Below, in pieces: positions 28,549-39,130 of a stretch of DNA of 64,000 nt (position 1 is its first letter; each line of letters begins with the position of its first letter). Source of the stretch: Alphaproteobacteria bacterium (lineage in GTDB: Bacteria > Pseudomonadota > Alphaproteobacteria > UBA828 > JAPUJA01); contig CBDAPE010000019.1 of the NCBI GenBank assembly GCA_965198325.1, forward strand, positions 335,063 to 399,062, written 5' to 3'. The notes beneath the pieces were generated by a model that saw only the letters and a program-made list of their open reading frames with translations, was not told where the DNA came from and ran no database searches. The translations under genes were made by a program, and so were the position numbers.

Positions 28549-29310
28549 ATGTGCACCCTGGTGATCCTGCGCCGCCCCGGCAACCCGTGGCCCCTGCTTC
28601 TCGCCGCCAACCGCGACGAGATGACCGACCGGCCCTGGAGCGGACCCGCACGCCACTGGCCCGACCGGCCCGAGGTCGTCGCGGGGCGGGACGAGCTGGC
28701 CGGCGGAACCTGGCTCGGGGTCAACGATCACGGCGTAGCGGCCGGGATCCTCAACCGACCGGACGCGCTCGGCCCCGACCCCGGCAAGCGTTCCCGGGGC
28801 GAGCTGGTGCTCGAAGCCCTGGACCACGCCGACGCGGACGAGGCCGCCGCCGCGCTGGCGGCGCTCGAGGGCTCGAGCTATCGGGCGTTCAATCTGGTGA
28901 TTGCCGACAATCGGGACGCATTCTGGCTCAAGAGCAAGGGCGACGGCCCGGTGGGGGCCCAGCCGCTCCCGAAAGGCCTCTCCATGATTACGGCGTTCGA
29001 CCTCAACGACGCCGCCTCACCCCGGATCGCCCGCTACCGCCCCGGTTTCGAAGCCGCCGCCGCGCCCGATCCCGCCGCCGGCGACTGGCGGGCCTGGATC
29101 GAGCTTCTGGCCGCGCGCGAGGCGTCGCCGGGCGTGGGCGAAGAGGGCGCGATGAGAATCGACCCGGCAACCGGCTTTGGCACGCTAAGTTCGTCGCTGA
29201 TCGCGCTGCCGGCGGCGGGCGAAGCGGTCTACCTGTTTTCAGCCACGCCGCCCGGCGAGGGCGCTTACGAGCCCGTCCGCGACGCGACGGGTTTAAGCGG
29301 AAGGGCTTGA
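28549..29310 (+). CDS. NRDE-family protein (DUF833 / TANGO2-like)
   Basis: Starts MCTLVIL, with the family-defining LAANRDE motif at the N-terminus. 253 aa. Confidence 0.75.
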   Translation: MCTLVILRRPGNPWPLLLAANRDEMTDRPWSGPARHWPDRPEVVAGRDELAGGTWLGVNDHGVAAGILNRPDALGPDPGKRSRGELVLEALDHADADEAAAALAALEGSSYRAFNLVIADNRDAFWLKSKGDGPVGAQPLPKGLSMITAFDLNDAASPRIARYRPGFEAAAAPDPAAGDWRAWIELLAAREASPGVGEEGAMRIDPATGFGTLSSSLIALPAAGEAVYLFSATPPGEGAYEPVRDATGLSGRA

Positions 29311-29435
29311 AATCGACGAGGAAATTGCGCATTTGATTGTGCGAGCCTTAGGTTTCGGCTATGGTCCCGATAACCGCCGGCCAGCGCACGGACCCCCGTT
29401 GCGCGTCCCGGTTCTCCTGGTTCTGGAGGCCGACG

Positions 29436-30203
29436 ATGTCTCGTCGAAAGCGAATCTACGAGGGCAAGGCGAAAGTCCTGTTCGAAGGCCCGGAGCCCGG
29501 CACGCTGGTGCAGTATTTCAAGGACGACGCCAGCGTCGACAACAACCGCAAGCGGGGTACGATCACCGGCAAGGGCGTGATTAACAACCTTTGGATCTCG
29601 GAATATCTGATGACGCGCCTGAGCGAGGTCGGCGTGCACACCCACTTCGTCCGTCGGCTGAACATGCGCGAGCAGCTCGTGCGCGAAGTCGAGATCATCC
29701 CGATCCAGATCAACGTCCATAACGTCGCCGCGGGCGACTTCGCCCAGCGCCTGGGCCTGCGCGAGGGCGACGCCCTGCCCCGCTCGATCGTCGAATACCG
29801 CTACAAATCGGACGAGCTCGAAGACCCGTTCGTCTCGGAAGAGCACATCACCGCATTCGGCTGGGCGACGCCCCAGGAGCTCGACGAGACCCTCTCGATG
29901 TCGCTCCGGATCAACGACTTTCTTTCGGGCCTCTTCCTGGGCATCGACATCCGGCTTGTGGACTTCCAGGTCGAATTCGGCCGGCTCTGGAACAACGACG
30001 AGATGCGCATCATCCTGGCCGACGAAATCAGTCCCGATTCCTGCCGGCTGTGGGACGTCAAGACCAACGAAAAGCTCGATATGGACCGCTTCAGTAAGGA
30101 TCTGGGCCGGGTCGAGGAGGCCTATCAGGAAGTAGCACGCCGGCTCGGTATCCTGCCCGAAAGCGGCCCGCGCGACCTCCAGGGACCGGATGTAATGCAG
30201 TGA
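29436..30203 (+). CDS. purC: phosphoribosylaminoimidazole-succinocarboxamide synthase
   Basis: [31 protein letters not shown]... with GGAGG 7 nt upstream. 255 aa. Confidence 0.9.
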   Translation: MSRRKRIYEGKAKVLFEGPEPGTLVQYFKDDASVDNNRKRGTITGKGVINNLWISEYLMTRLSEVGVHTHFVRRLNMREQLVREVEIIPIQINVHNVAAGDFAQRLGLREGDALPRSIVEYRYKSDELEDPFVSEEHITAFGWATPQELDETLSMSLRINDFLSGLFLGIDIRLVDFQVEFGRLWNNDEMRIILADEISPDSCRLWDVKTNEKLDMDRFSKDLGRVEEAYQEVARRLGILPESGPRDLQGPDVMQ

Positions 30204-30442
30204 AGGCGCGGGTTCATATCACGCTGAAAGAGGGCGTTCTGGACCCCCAAGGCAAGACCATCGCGCAAGCCCTTCACTCTCTCGGATTCGATGGCGTCAA
30301 TGGCGTACGCCAGGGAAAATTCATCGAACTCGATATCGACGAGGCCGACGCGGACGCGGCGCGCGATGCCGTCGAGGCGATGTGCACGAAGCTCCTGGCG
30401 AACACCGTCATCGAGAACTACCACATCGATATCGATGCCTGA
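30200..30442 (+). CDS. purS: FGAM synthase PurS subunit
   Basis: 80 aa. GTG start overlapping the purC stop. Confidence 0.9.
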   Translation: MKARVHITLKEGVLDPQGKTIAQALHSLGFDGVNGVRQGKFIELDIDEADADAARDAVEAMCTKLLANTVIENYHIDIDA

Positions 30443-30487
30443 GACGCGGGCGCCGCACGGCGCACCGGCGACCGGCCTGAGGCGCCC

Positions 30488-31177
30488 ATGAAAGCTGCCG
30501 TCATCGTCTTTCCCGGCTCGAACTGCGACCGCGACGTGCAGGTGGCGCTGGCCAGGAGCATGGGCGCCCCGCCCCTGATGATCTGGCACAAGGACACCGA
30601 GCTGCCCACGCTCGACCTGATCGTCGTGCCGGGCGGGTTCTCCTACGGCGATTACCTGCGCTGCGGCGCCATGGCCGCCCATTCGCCGATCATGCGGGAA
30701 GTCAAGCAGTACGCCGCCACGGGTGTGTGCGTTCTCGCCATCTGCAACGGCTTCCAGGTGGTCACCGAGGCGGGCCTGCTGCCGGGCGTGCTGATGACCA
30801 ATGCGAACCTTCAGTTCATCTGCAAGGACGTCACGTTGCGGGTCGAGACGACCGACTCGGCCTTCGCTCGCCGCTATTCCGAGGGCCAGGTGATCCGCCT
30901 GCCGATCGCCCACCACGGCGGCAACTATTTCGCCGACGACGCAACGCTCGAACGCCTTTCAGGCGAGGGGCGGATCGCGTTCCGCTATTGCGCGCCCGAC
31001 GGCACGCTCGACGAAGCGTGGAACCCCAACGGCTCGCGACAGGCGATCGCCGGCATCTACAACAAGGACCGCACGGTGCTCGGCATGATGCCCCACCCCG
31101 AGCGCCTCGCCGACCCCCTGCTGGGGGGTTCGGACGGCATCGCGATGTTCGAGGGGCTGATGGACGCGCTGTCGTGA
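30488..31177 (+). CDS. purQ: FGAM synthase glutaminase subunit PurQ
   Basis: 229 aa. Class-I glutamine amidotransferase ([14 protein letters not shown]). Confidence 0.92.
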   Translation: MKAAVIVFPGSNCDRDVQVALARSMGAPPLMIWHKDTELPTLDLIVVPGGFSYGDYLRCGAMAAHSPIMREVKQYAATGVCVLAICNGFQVVTEAGLLPGVLMTNANLQFICKDVTLRVETTDSAFARRYSEGQVIRLPIAHHGGNYFADDATLERLSGEGRIAFRYCAPDGTLDEAWNPNGSRQAIAGIYNKDRTVLGMMPHPERLADPLLGGSDGIAMFEGLMDALS

Positions 31178-33402
31178 GCGAGGCGGCGATCACGCCCGAA
31201 ACCGTCGAACGCCACGGGTTGACGGCGCAAGAGTACGAACGGGTTCTCGAGATCATGGGCCGGGAGCCGAACCTCACCGAACTCGGCATCTTCTCGGTGA
31301 TGTGGAGCGAGCACTGTTCCTACAAATCGTCCAAGAAATGGCTGCGCCGTCTGCCGACGGACGCACCGTGGGTGATCCACGGCCCAGGCGAGAATGCGGG
31401 CGTCGTCGACATCGGCGACGGCCAGGCGGCGATCTTCAAGATGGAAAGCCACAACCACCCCTCCTTCATCGAACCCTATCAGGGCGCGGCGACGGGGGTC
31501 GGGGGAATCTTGCGCGACGTGTTCACCATGGGCGCCCGCCCGATCGCCAACCTCAACGCCCTTCGCTTCGGTGAGCCCGAAAACGCCAAGACCCGCCACC
31601 TCGTGAGCGGCGTGGTTTCGGGCATCGGCGGCTACGGCAATTGCGTCGGCATCCCGACCGTGGGCGGCGAATGCACGTTCCACGCCTCGTATAACGGCAA
31701 CAACCTGGTCAACGCGATGACCGTGGGGCTGGTGGACCGGGACAAGATCTTTCTCTCGGCCGCGGGCGGCATCGGCAATCTCGTGGTCTATGTAGGCTCG
31801 AAGACCGGGCGCGACGGCATTCACGGCGCGACCATGGCGTCAGCCGAGTTCGACGAGGATTCGGAGGCCAAGAAGCCCACGGTGCAGGTCGGGGACCCGT
31901 TCACGGAAAAGCTGTTGATCGAGGCCTGCCTTGAGCTGATGGCGACCGACGCGATCGTCGCGATCCAGGACATGGGCGCCGCGGGACTGACCTCGTCGAG
32001 CTTCGAGATGGCCTCGAAGGGCGGCACGGGAATCGAGATGGATCTGTCCGCCGTGCCCGTGCGCGAAACCGGCATAACAGCTTACGAGGTCATGCTGTCC
32101 GAAAGCCAGGAGCGGATGCTGATGGTCATCCCGCCCGGGCGCGAGGCCGATGCCCGCGCGGTGTTCGAAAAGTGGGAGCTGGATTTCGCGGTGGTCGGCA
32201 CGGTGACCGATACGGGCCGGATGCGCCTCGTCATGGCCGGCGAGACGGTCGCCGACCTGCCGATCGCCCCGCTTGTGGCCGCGGCACCCGAGCTCGACCG
32301 GGCCCATGACGCGCCGGCGGAGCCGGACGCGATTGGAGAGCGCGCGAATGCGGCACCGGCCGGCACGCGCGAAGCGCTTCTCCGCCTGCTCGGCTGCCCG
32401 GACCTGTGCTCGAAACGCTGGATCTGGGAGCAATACGACCACATGGTGATGGCCGACACTGTGCAGCGCCCGGGCGGCGATGCGGCGGTCGTGCGCGTCC
32501 ACGGCACCGACAAGGGCCTCGCCCTGACGATCGACTGCACACCGCGTTACTGTGCCGCCGACCCGAAGACCGGCGGCGCCCAGGCGGTCGCCGAAACCTG
32601 GCGCAACCTGAGCGCGACAGGCGCCACACCGCTCGCCATCACCGACTGCCTCAATTTCGGCAACCCGGAACGCGCCGACGTGATGGGCCAGTTCGTCCAT
32701 TGCATCGAGGGCATGCGCGAAGCCTGCCTGGCGCTCGACTACCCGGTGATCTCCGGCAACGTCTCGTTCTACAACGAGACCAACGGCAAGGCGGTTCAGC
32801 CGACCCCGGGAATTGGCGGCGTCGGCCTGATTTCGGACCTCTCCCGGATGGCTACGCCTGCCTTCGCGCGCGCCGGGGAGAGCATTATTCTGATCGGCGA
32901 GACCGCCGGGCACCTGGGGGCATCGCTCTATCTGCAGGTGATCGGGGGCATCGAGGCGGGCGCGCCGCCGCCCGTGGACCTGGGCGCGGAACGGCAGACC
33001 GGCGATTTCGCGCGGGGCCTGATCACAGCGGGGCGGGTCAGCGCCTGCCACGACATCGCCGACGGTGGCTTGATGGTGGCCCTGGCCGAGATGGCGCTGG
33101 CAACGCTGGCAAACGGCGAGCCGATCGGAGCCGACGTGGAGCCCGCGAACGGGGCGATCCCCCTGCATCGCTGGCTGTTCGGCGAGGACCAGGCACGCTA
33201 TCTGGTGACGGCCCGAATGGACGAGGCCGAAGCGATCCTGGCGGACGCGAGGACGGCGGGAATCCCTGCGGCGCGGGTCGGCGTCACGGGCGGCGATGCG
33301 TTGACTCTGGCGGGAGCCGATGCCATATCGTTAGCCGAACTCAATGCGGCGCACGAAAGCTGGCTGCCCGATTACATGGCCCGCTCCCAAGACCGCGGCT
33401 AA
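31174..33402 (+). CDS. purL: FGAM synthase large subunit PurL
   Basis: GTG at 31174 overlaps the purQ stop (GTGA). 742 aa. The ORF-track piece 30727..33402 includes a spurious upstream extension. Confidence 0.92.
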   Translation: MSEAAITPETVERHGLTAQEYERVLEIMGREPNLTELGIFSVMWSEHCSYKSSKKWLRRLPTDAPWVIHGPGENAGVVDIGDGQAAIFKMESHNHPSFIEPYQGAATGVGGILRDVFTMGARPIANLNALRFGEPENAKTRHLVSGVVSGIGGYGNCVGIPTVGGECTFHASYNGNNLVNAMTVGLVDRDKIFLSAAGGIGNLVVYVGSKTGRDGIHGATMASAEFDEDSEAKKPTVQVGDPFTEKLLIEACLELMATDAIVAIQDMGAAGLTSSSFEMASKGGTGIEMDLSAVPVRETGITAYEVMLSESQERMLMVIPPGREADARAVFEKWELDFAVVGTVTDTGRMRLVMAGETVADLPIAPLVAAAPELDRAHDAPAEPDAIGERANAAPAGTREALLRLLGCPDLCSKRWIWEQYDHMVMADTVQRPGGDAAVVRVHGTDKGLALTIDCTPRYCAADPKTGGAQAVAETWRNLSATGATPLAITDCLNFGNPERADVMGQFVHCIEGMREACLALDYPVISGNVSFYNETNGKAVQPTPGIGGVGLISDLSRMATPAFARAGESIILIGETAGHLGASLYLQVIGGIEAGAPPPVDLGAERQTGDFARGLITAGRVSACHDIADGGLMVALAEMALATLANGEPIGADVEPANGAIPLHRWLFGEDQARYLVTARMDEAEAILADARTAGIPAARVGVTGGDALTLAGADAISLAELNAAHESWLPDYMARSQDRG

Positions 33403-33415
33403 GGAGACACGCCGA

Positions 33416-33658
33416 ATGGCGATGGACGCACAGGAAATCGAGCGGCTTATCCGGGACTCCATCCCGGATGCGGATGTGACGATCAACGATCTGCGGGGTG
33501 ACGGCGATCACTACGCCGCCCGGGTGATCTCGACCGCGTTCAAGGGGAAGACCCGGGTGCAGCAGCACCAGATGGTCTATTCCGCCCTTCAGGGCAACAT
33601 GGGCAACGCACTGCACGCCCTGGCGCTCCAGACGGGACTTCCCGAAGACGCCACCTAA
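33416..33658 (+). CDS. bolA: BolA-family protein
   Basis: AAGGAGA SD 8 nt before the ATG at 33416. 80 aa. Paired with a monothiol glutaredoxin downstream. Confidence 0.8.
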   Translation: MAMDAQEIERLIRDSIPDADVTINDLRGDGDHYAARVISTAFKGKTRVQQHQMVYSALQGNMGNALHALALQTGLPEDAT

Positions 33659-33676
33659 CCGCTATCCACAGGAACG

Positions 33677-34021
33677 ATGACAATGACCGACAACCCGGCT
33701 TTCGAGCAGATCAACCAGCACCTCACGGCCAACGACGTGGTGCTCTTCATGAAGGGCACGCCGGTGTTTCCCCAATGCGGCTTCTCAGCCGCCGTGGTTC
33801 AGGCGCTGAGCGTGATGGGCGTGAAGTTCAAGGGCATCGACGTGCTCGCCGACCCGGGCCTGCGCGAGGGCATCAAGCAGTTCAGCAACTGGCCGACGGT
33901 GCCCCAGCTCTACGTCAAGGGCGAGTTCGTCGGCGGCTGCGACATCGTGCGCGAGATGTACGAGACCGGCGAGCTCGAGCAGTTCTTCAACGACAAGGGC
34001 GTCGAGCGCGCCGAAGTCTGA
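33677..34021 (+). CDS. grxD: monothiol glutaredoxin (Grx4/GrxD, CGFS type)
   Basis: 114 aa. Active site PQCGFS. Confidence 0.92.
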   Translation: MTMTDNPAFEQINQHLTANDVVLFMKGTPVFPQCGFSAAVVQALSVMGVKFKGIDVLADPGLREGIKQFSNWPTVPQLYVKGEFVGGCDIVREMYETGELEQFFNDKGVERAEV

Positions 34022-34023
34022 GC

Positions 34024-34383
34024 GTGACGGAGCTCTCGCCCGAGACGATTTCGGGCTACCACGCGCATATCTACTACGACGAGGCCAGCCGGGACTTCGC
34101 GGCGGATCTACGGATGCGGATCGGCGCATTGTTCGAGGTCCGGCTCGGGCGCATGCACGATGTGCCCGTCGGCCCCCACCCCGGCGCGATGTATCAGATC
34201 GCCTTTGCGCCCGATCAATACGCCGCGTTCATCCCTTGGCTGATGCTCAATCGGGCCGGGCTGACGGTGTTCCTGCACCCCGAAACCGGCGACGACCTCG
34301 CCAATCATACGGACCATGCCATCTGGATGGGCGCGATGCTGGAGCTGGATACGAGTGTTCTCGAGGATCACCCCGAGGACTAG
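34024..34383 (+). CDS. DOPA 4,5-dioxygenase-like (YgiD family) protein
   Basis: GTG 3 nt after the grxD stop. 119 aa (YHAHIYYDE...). Confidence 0.6.
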   Translation: MTELSPETISGYHAHIYYDEASRDFAADLRMRIGALFEVRLGRMHDVPVGPHPGAMYQIAFAPDQYAAFIPWLMLNRAGLTVFLHPETGDDLANHTDHAIWMGAMLELDTSVLEDHPED

Positions 34384-34412
34384 CGCAGCCTGTAACGACG
34401 CAACCTTCGGAC

Positions 34413-34446
34413 ATGAAAATGGCCGCTCACCTCACAGTGGCGGCCG
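34413..34446 (-). terminator. rho-independent terminator of rpsD (stem GGCCGC/GCGGCC followed by ATTTTCAT on the minus strand)
   Basis: GC stem-loop plus T-rich tail 25-55 nt downstream of the rpsD stop. Same hairpin could act on the plus strand for the YgiD-like gene. Confidence 0.55.
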
Positions 34447-34469
34447 TTCGTTGAACGGGTCGGCGCCCG

Positions 34470-35093
34470 CTAGCCCATCTTCGAGTAGTACTCGATGACC
34501 AGGTTGGGCTCCATCTCGACGGGATAGGGCACCTCGTCGAAGCTCGGCACTCGCGTGAAGGTTCCCTTCATGACGGCGTGATCGACCTCGAGATAGTCGG
34601 GCACGTCGCGCTCCGGCGAGGCGACGGCTTCAAGAACCAGGCCCAGCTCGCGGGACTTCTGCTTGATCTCGATGGCGTCGCCTTCCTTGACCCGGTAACT
34701 CGGGATGTTGACCCGCCGGCCGTTGACCAGGATGTGGCCGTGGTTGACGAACTGGCGGGCGGCGAACACCGTGGGGACGAACTTCATGCGGTAGATCGCG
34801 GCGTCGAGGCGGCTCTCCAGCAGGCCAATGAGGTTTTCGCTGGTATCACCGCGCCGGCGCGCCGCATGTTCGTAGGTGCGGCGGAACTGCTTCTCGGTGA
34901 TGTTGCCGTAATAGCCCTTGAGCTTCTGTTTCGCCTGAAGCTGAATTCCGAAGCTCGACAGCTTGCGCCCGCGCCGCTGGCCGTGCAGGCCGGGGCCGTA
35001 TTCGCGCGTGTTCGTCGGACTTTTCGGGCGGCCCCAAAGATTGATCTTCAGGCGCCGACAAATCTTGTATTTCGACTGCTTCCGCTTCGACAT
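34470..35093 (-). CDS. rpsD: 30S ribosomal protein S4
   Basis: Start [15 protein letters not shown]...; 207 aa. S4 domain present. Confidence 0.95.
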   Translation of the reverse strand: MSKRKQSKYKICRRLKINLWGRPKSPTNTREYGPGLHGQRRGRKLSSFGIQLQAKQKLKGYYGNITEKQFRRTYEHAARRRGDTSENLIGLLESRLDAAIYRMKFVPTVFAARQFVNHGHILVNGRRVNIPSYRVKEGDAIEIKQKSRELGLVLEAVASPERDVPDYLEVDHAVMKGTFTRVPSFDEVPYPVEMEPNLVIEYYSKMG

Positions 35094-35170
35094 TCGGGCT
35101 CTCGGAATAAACAGATGGCCCGAAAAGCCCCTCCCAACGAACCTGGAGGCTCCTCGCGCCAAGCGGGCGT

Positions 35171-35198
35171 AATATAGCGCTCGAGCGGGCCTTGTCAA
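35171..35198 (-). promoter_or_regulatory. sigma70-type promoter of rpsD (TTGACA-16 nt-TATATT on the minus strand)
   Basis: Minus strand reads cacgTTTGACAaggcccgctcgagcgcTATATTacg. Near-consensus -35 and -10. Leader about 70 nt with a TCGGGC...GCCCGA hairpin just before the ATG. Confidence 0.65.
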
Positions 35199-35427
35199 AC
35201 GTGAATCACCGCTGGTTTCCAGCGGTATTCGCAAATCTCCGTTCCTCCCTGCCGTGCACCTTGCTCCGCGTGTTGGAACGGGCGACGGGACTTGCTAGGC
35301 TGTCGAGAGCTTCGGATTTCAGACCGGGGCGAGGCCACCGTCTTCGGTGGCCGGGAGAAACCGTGCGGGAATCTCCGCTCCCGCACGCCACCACATGGCC
35401 ACCGGCAGGCCAGCAAAGGAACGCGCT

Positions 35428-35913
35428 ATGCTTTTCTTCGACACGCCCGAAACCGCAGCCTTCTGGCAACAGGCCTGCGAAGCCGAGGGACTCGACCCGG
35501 CGGCACCCCATCATGCCGGGACCTTCTCCGCACCGGGGGGTGGTTACGACGAGGCCTTCAACGAAGAACTCGCCGCGTTGGTGCGCGATGGCCAGAAACG
35601 GGGCACGACGCACATGACGCTCGAATTCGAGCACCGGGCCATCCCCTTGCGCGATATCGGGCACTACTGGGTCGTGACGACGACGGGCGGCACGCCGTTC
35701 TGCGTCGTGCGCATCACGAACGTGGCGGTCGTGCCGTACGAGGACGTCACGCCCGAGTTCGCAGCCTCGGAAGGCGAGGGCGATCTGAGCCTCGCGTTCT
35801 GGCAGGGCGCTCATATCGACTACTTCAAGGATCAGTGCCGCCAATGGGGCTATGAATGGCGGGACAGCCAGCCGGTGGTGTGCGAAAGCTTCGAATTGAT
35901 TTACCGACCGTAG
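35428..35913 (+). CDS. ASCH-domain protein
   Basis: 161 aa from MLFFDTPETAAFWQQ (AGGA 9 nt upstream). ASCH-like core. Confidence 0.65.
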   Translation: MLFFDTPETAAFWQQACEAEGLDPAAPHHAGTFSAPGGGYDEAFNEELAALVRDGQKRGTTHMTLEFEHRAIPLRDIGHYWVVTTTGGTPFCVVRITNVAVVPYEDVTPEFAASEGEGDLSLAFWQGAHIDYFKDQCRQWGYEWRDSQPVVCESFELIYRP

Positions 35914-35979
35914 GGTCGGCGGCGGTCTTCCGAGACTCCAATTAAATACCGGGCGGCCTTCGGAAATGGGCTAAACTCG

Positions 35980-36870
35980 ATGCCGAACAAGACGGACCCA
36001 GGCGGCTTCAATGCCACGCGGAGAGACGCATCGACCATGGAACAGGTTCACAGCGTTACGGGCGGCGGCGGCCTGATGTTGTCGGTGCGGGAATGGGGCA
36101 AGGCCGACGGCCCGCCGATCCTGCTGATTCACGGGTTTTCGCAATGCCACCTGTGCTGGGGGGCGCAGGTGGGCAGCACTCTGGCCGACGATTTCCGGCT
36201 GGTCGCCCTCGACCTGCGCGGCCATGGCATGTCGGACAAGCCTCTGGAGATCGGGGCCTACACCGACGGCAAGCTGTGGGCCGACGACATTGCCGCGGTG
36301 ATCGACCAGCTCGAAATCGACGGGCCGGTCCTGGTCGGCTGGTCCTATGGCGGCTTCATCATGGCCGACTATGTGACCCATTACGGCCAGGAAAAGATCG
36401 GCGGGCTCAACTTCGTGGGCGCCGCAGTCAAGATGGGAACCGACGAGGCGGTGGCGATGATGGGGCCCGGCTTTCTCGAAAACATTGAGGACGTACGCCA
36501 GCCCGACCTGCCGACACAGATTACGGCGCTCCGCCGCTTCATCCGCGCCTGCACGGCCGAACCCCTGGGCGACGATGCCTTCGAGACGGTGCTTTGCTAC
36601 AATATGGCGGTTCCGTGGCAAGTCCGGCTCGGGTTGACGAGCCGCGAGCTCGACTACGACGAGGTTCTCAAAACCCTCTCGGTGCCTGCTCTGGTGACCC
36701 ACGGAACGGCGGATCAGCTTGTGCTCCCCTCGATGGCGGAGCATATCGTCAAGACCGTGCCCGGCGCGAAACCGTCGTTCTACGACGGTGTGGGGCATGT
36801 GCCCTTCGTCGAGGATATCGACCGGTTCAACGACGAGCTACGCAACCTGACGACTCGCGCCAACGCATGA
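35980..36870 (+). CDS. alpha/beta-fold hydrolase
   Basis: HGFSQ...GWSYGG nucleophile elbow. About 280-296 aa; alternative start at Met20 (36037). Confidence 0.8.
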   Translation: MPNKTDPGGFNATRRDASTMEQVHSVTGGGGLMLSVREWGKADGPPILLIHGFSQCHLCWGAQVGSTLADDFRLVALDLRGHGMSDKPLEIGAYTDGKLWADDIAAVIDQLEIDGPVLVGWSYGGFIMADYVTHYGQEKIGGLNFVGAAVKMGTDEAVAMMGPGFLENIEDVRQPDLPTQITALRRFIRACTAEPLGDDAFETVLCYNMAVPWQVRLGLTSRELDYDEVLKTLSVPALVTHGTADQLVLPSMAEHIVKTVPGAKPSFYDGVGHVPFVEDIDRFNDELRNLTTRANA

Positions 36871-36886
36871 TCGGAGGACGCGGACC

Positions 36887-38032
36887 ATGGCGAGGACAAC
36901 AGCCGAGGAACGCCTGAAAAGTTTCGATGCCGACCCGCGCAAGTCGCGGACGCTGCCGTCGTATTACTACAGGACGCCTGAGATCTACGAGCGCGAGCGC
37001 GAGGAGATCTTCTTCAAGACCTGGCAGTATGCGGGCTTTACGGGCGATCTGGCCGAGCCCGGCAGCTATATCACCTGCACCGTGCTCGATCAGGGGATCT
37101 TCGTCGTCCGGCAAAAGGACGGGAGCCTGCGCGGTTTCTACAACGTCTGCTCCCATCGGGGCAGCGAGTTGCTCGACGGCAAGGGCAAACACAGCAAGAT
37201 CAGTTGCCCGATCCACGGCTGGACTTACGATCTCGGCGGCAAGGTGGTTGGCGCGCCTGGTTTCTTCAAGGAACGGGGCGTGGATCTGGAACCCTTGTGC
37301 CTGAAGGAAGTGCGCGTGGAGACCCTGGCCAGCTTCGTGTTCGTCAACCTCGACCCGGACGCCCAGTCGCTGAAGGGCCAGACGCCGGGCCTCGAGGAGG
37401 AGATCGTGGCCGACTGGCCGAAGCTCGAGACGATGACCATGGTCGCGCGCCAGGACGGCGAGATTGTCGCCAACTGGAAGCTGATTACCGACAATTTCGC
37501 CGACGCCTTCCACGCGCTGGTGGGCCACCCCGAGATGGACACGGTCATCGGCTACGACAGCCTGCAATGGGCAATGCCCGAGGATGGGATCCATCTCAGC
37601 CTGCGCGGCGATCCGGGCAGCTTCGACTGCACGTTCTACCGGCTGACGCCCGACGACGAAGAGAAAGAGTTTCGGATGTACCTGATCTTTCCGAATACGC
37701 TCTTCATCATCTATCCGGGACCGGCCAATTTCGGCGTCATGACCTCGGTGCCCATCGGCATGGAGCGAACCATGCAGGCTTCGGAGGTCTACCTGGCGGA
37801 AGATCCGCCCGGCGAGAACGCGCAGGCCATGCTCGATTACCTGGACGATCGTGCGAATCCGGAGGATTTCCGGATCTTCGAGCATGTCCAGAAGGGCATG
37901 CGGTCACGGGCCTATACGAACGGCTACTACTCGGTCGACGAATCCTTCGGGTTTTTCTCGGAGCAGCAGGGCCACCGCATGCACCGGCTGTATCTCGAGG
38001 CCATGGGCGAGCTGCCAAGCAACCGGCGTTAG
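36887..38032 (+). CDS. Rieske [2Fe-2S] non-heme-iron oxygenase alpha-subunit-like protein (short, GbcA/Stc2/CntA-like size)
   Basis: Rieske motif CSHRGSEL...CPIHGW. Mononuclear-Fe motif FADAFHALVGHPEM. 381 aa. No adjacent reductase. Confidence 0.8.
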   Translation: MARTTAEERLKSFDADPRKSRTLPSYYYRTPEIYEREREEIFFKTWQYAGFTGDLAEPGSYITCTVLDQGIFVVRQKDGSLRGFYNVCSHRGSELLDGKGKHSKISCPIHGWTYDLGGKVVGAPGFFKERGVDLEPLCLKEVRVETLASFVFVNLDPDAQSLKGQTPGLEEEIVADWPKLETMTMVARQDGEIVANWKLITDNFADAFHALVGHPEMDTVIGYDSLQWAMPEDGIHLSLRGDPGSFDCTFYRLTPDDEEKEFRMYLIFPNTLFIIYPGPANFGVMTSVPIGMERTMQASEVYLAEDPPGENAQAMLDYLDDRANPEDFRIFEHVQKGMRSRAYTNGYYSVDESFGFFSEQQGHRMHRLYLEAMGELPSNRR

Positions 38033-38160
38033 TCAAGGCCGGGTCCGGCGCGACGGCCACCGCAAGCCTTTCCGCCATCGATCCCCGTGGCCGGCAGCGT
38101 TCGGGCAAGCTGCGGGCGCCCGTCGACCACCCGCCCGACAGCTTTGCCGCCTGTCGCCGG

Positions 38161-38946
38161 TCAGGCGCCGTCCGGCTCATCCGGCGGGGCGCCCCTGGGC
38201 CGGCGCAGGCGGGATACGATGCCGTGCAGCGTCTGGACGTCCTGCTCCGTGAGCGCCGTGCGTTCGAACAGATTGCGCAGGTTGCGCACCATCGTGGGGC
38301 GCATCTCCGGGGTCGGGAAAAACCCCGCGGCGTCGAGCTCGCGCTCGAGATGGTCGAAGAAGGCGAATAGCTCCTGCTTCGTCGCAATCCGGGTATCGAG
38401 CAGGGGCAGTTCCACAGCCGGCGCTTCAACGCCCGCCAGGAACCATTCGTAACCGATCACGAGCACGGCTTGTGCGAGATTGAGGGAGGAGAAAGCCGGG
38501 TTCAGCGGCATGCTCACCACCACGTCAGCGGCGACGATGTCGTCGTTGGAGAGCCCCGTGCGCTCGGGCCCGAACAGCGCCCCGCAGGCGAGCCCGGTCT
38601 CGGCGGCTGTGCGCATCTCGGCCGCCGCACGGCGCGGCGTGACGACGGGCTTGACCATGTGGCGATCGCGCGCAGTCGTAGCATAGACCCGGTTGAAATC
38701 CGCAACCGCGGCGGTTGTCGTCTCGAACAACCGGACCCGGGCGATGACCTCGTCGGCGCCCGATGCGGCGTTGAGCGCCTTGACGTTGGGCCAGCCGTCG
38801 CGCGGGCGAACCAGGCGCAGGTCGGTGAGGCCGAAATTGAGCATCGCGCGGGCCGCGGTGCCGATGTTCTCGCCCAGCTGAGGTTCGACCAGAACGACCG
38901 CGGGGCCGCCGAGCCGGGGCGCCTTCGTGCTGTCGGTTCCCGCCAT
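38161..38946 (-). CDS. trmJ: tRNA (cytidine/uridine-2'-O)-methyltransferase TrmJ (SpoU family)
   Basis: 261 aa. SpoU/TrmH fold (VVLVEPQLGENIGTAARAM...). Confidence 0.8.
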   Translation of the reverse strand: MAGTDSTKAPRLGGPAVVLVEPQLGENIGTAARAMLNFGLTDLRLVRPRDGWPNVKALNAASGADEVIARVRLFETTTAAVADFNRVYATTARDRHMVKPVVTPRRAAAEMRTAAETGLACGALFGPERTGLSNDDIVAADVVVSMPLNPAFSSLNLAQAVLVIGYEWFLAGVEAPAVELPLLDTRIATKQELFAFFDHLERELDAAGFFPTPEMRPTMVRNLRNLFERTALTEQDVQTLHGIVSRLRRPRGAPPDEPDGA

Positions 38947-39130
38947 GGATTCCTCTTAGAGTGACTGTTCGGCCTTACGAGGGGCTGCCGAACACCGTTC
39001 GCCCGCCACGCCTGCTTTCGCTGCGCCTAAAGATAGGGACCGGTCGCCCTGCGCCAACCCCGGCCTTGCGGCAAGCAGCGATTGCGGACGCGCAAAATCT
39101 GGACACTTCCCTGTCACCGGAACTCGCGGT

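Noticed and set aside
30727-31173. N-terminal extension of purL (ORF track 30727..33402) overlapping purQ
   Set aside because: The real PurL N-terminus ([17 protein letters not shown]...) starts at the GTG at 31174, overlapping the purQ stop. The extension is an out-of-frame read through purQ.
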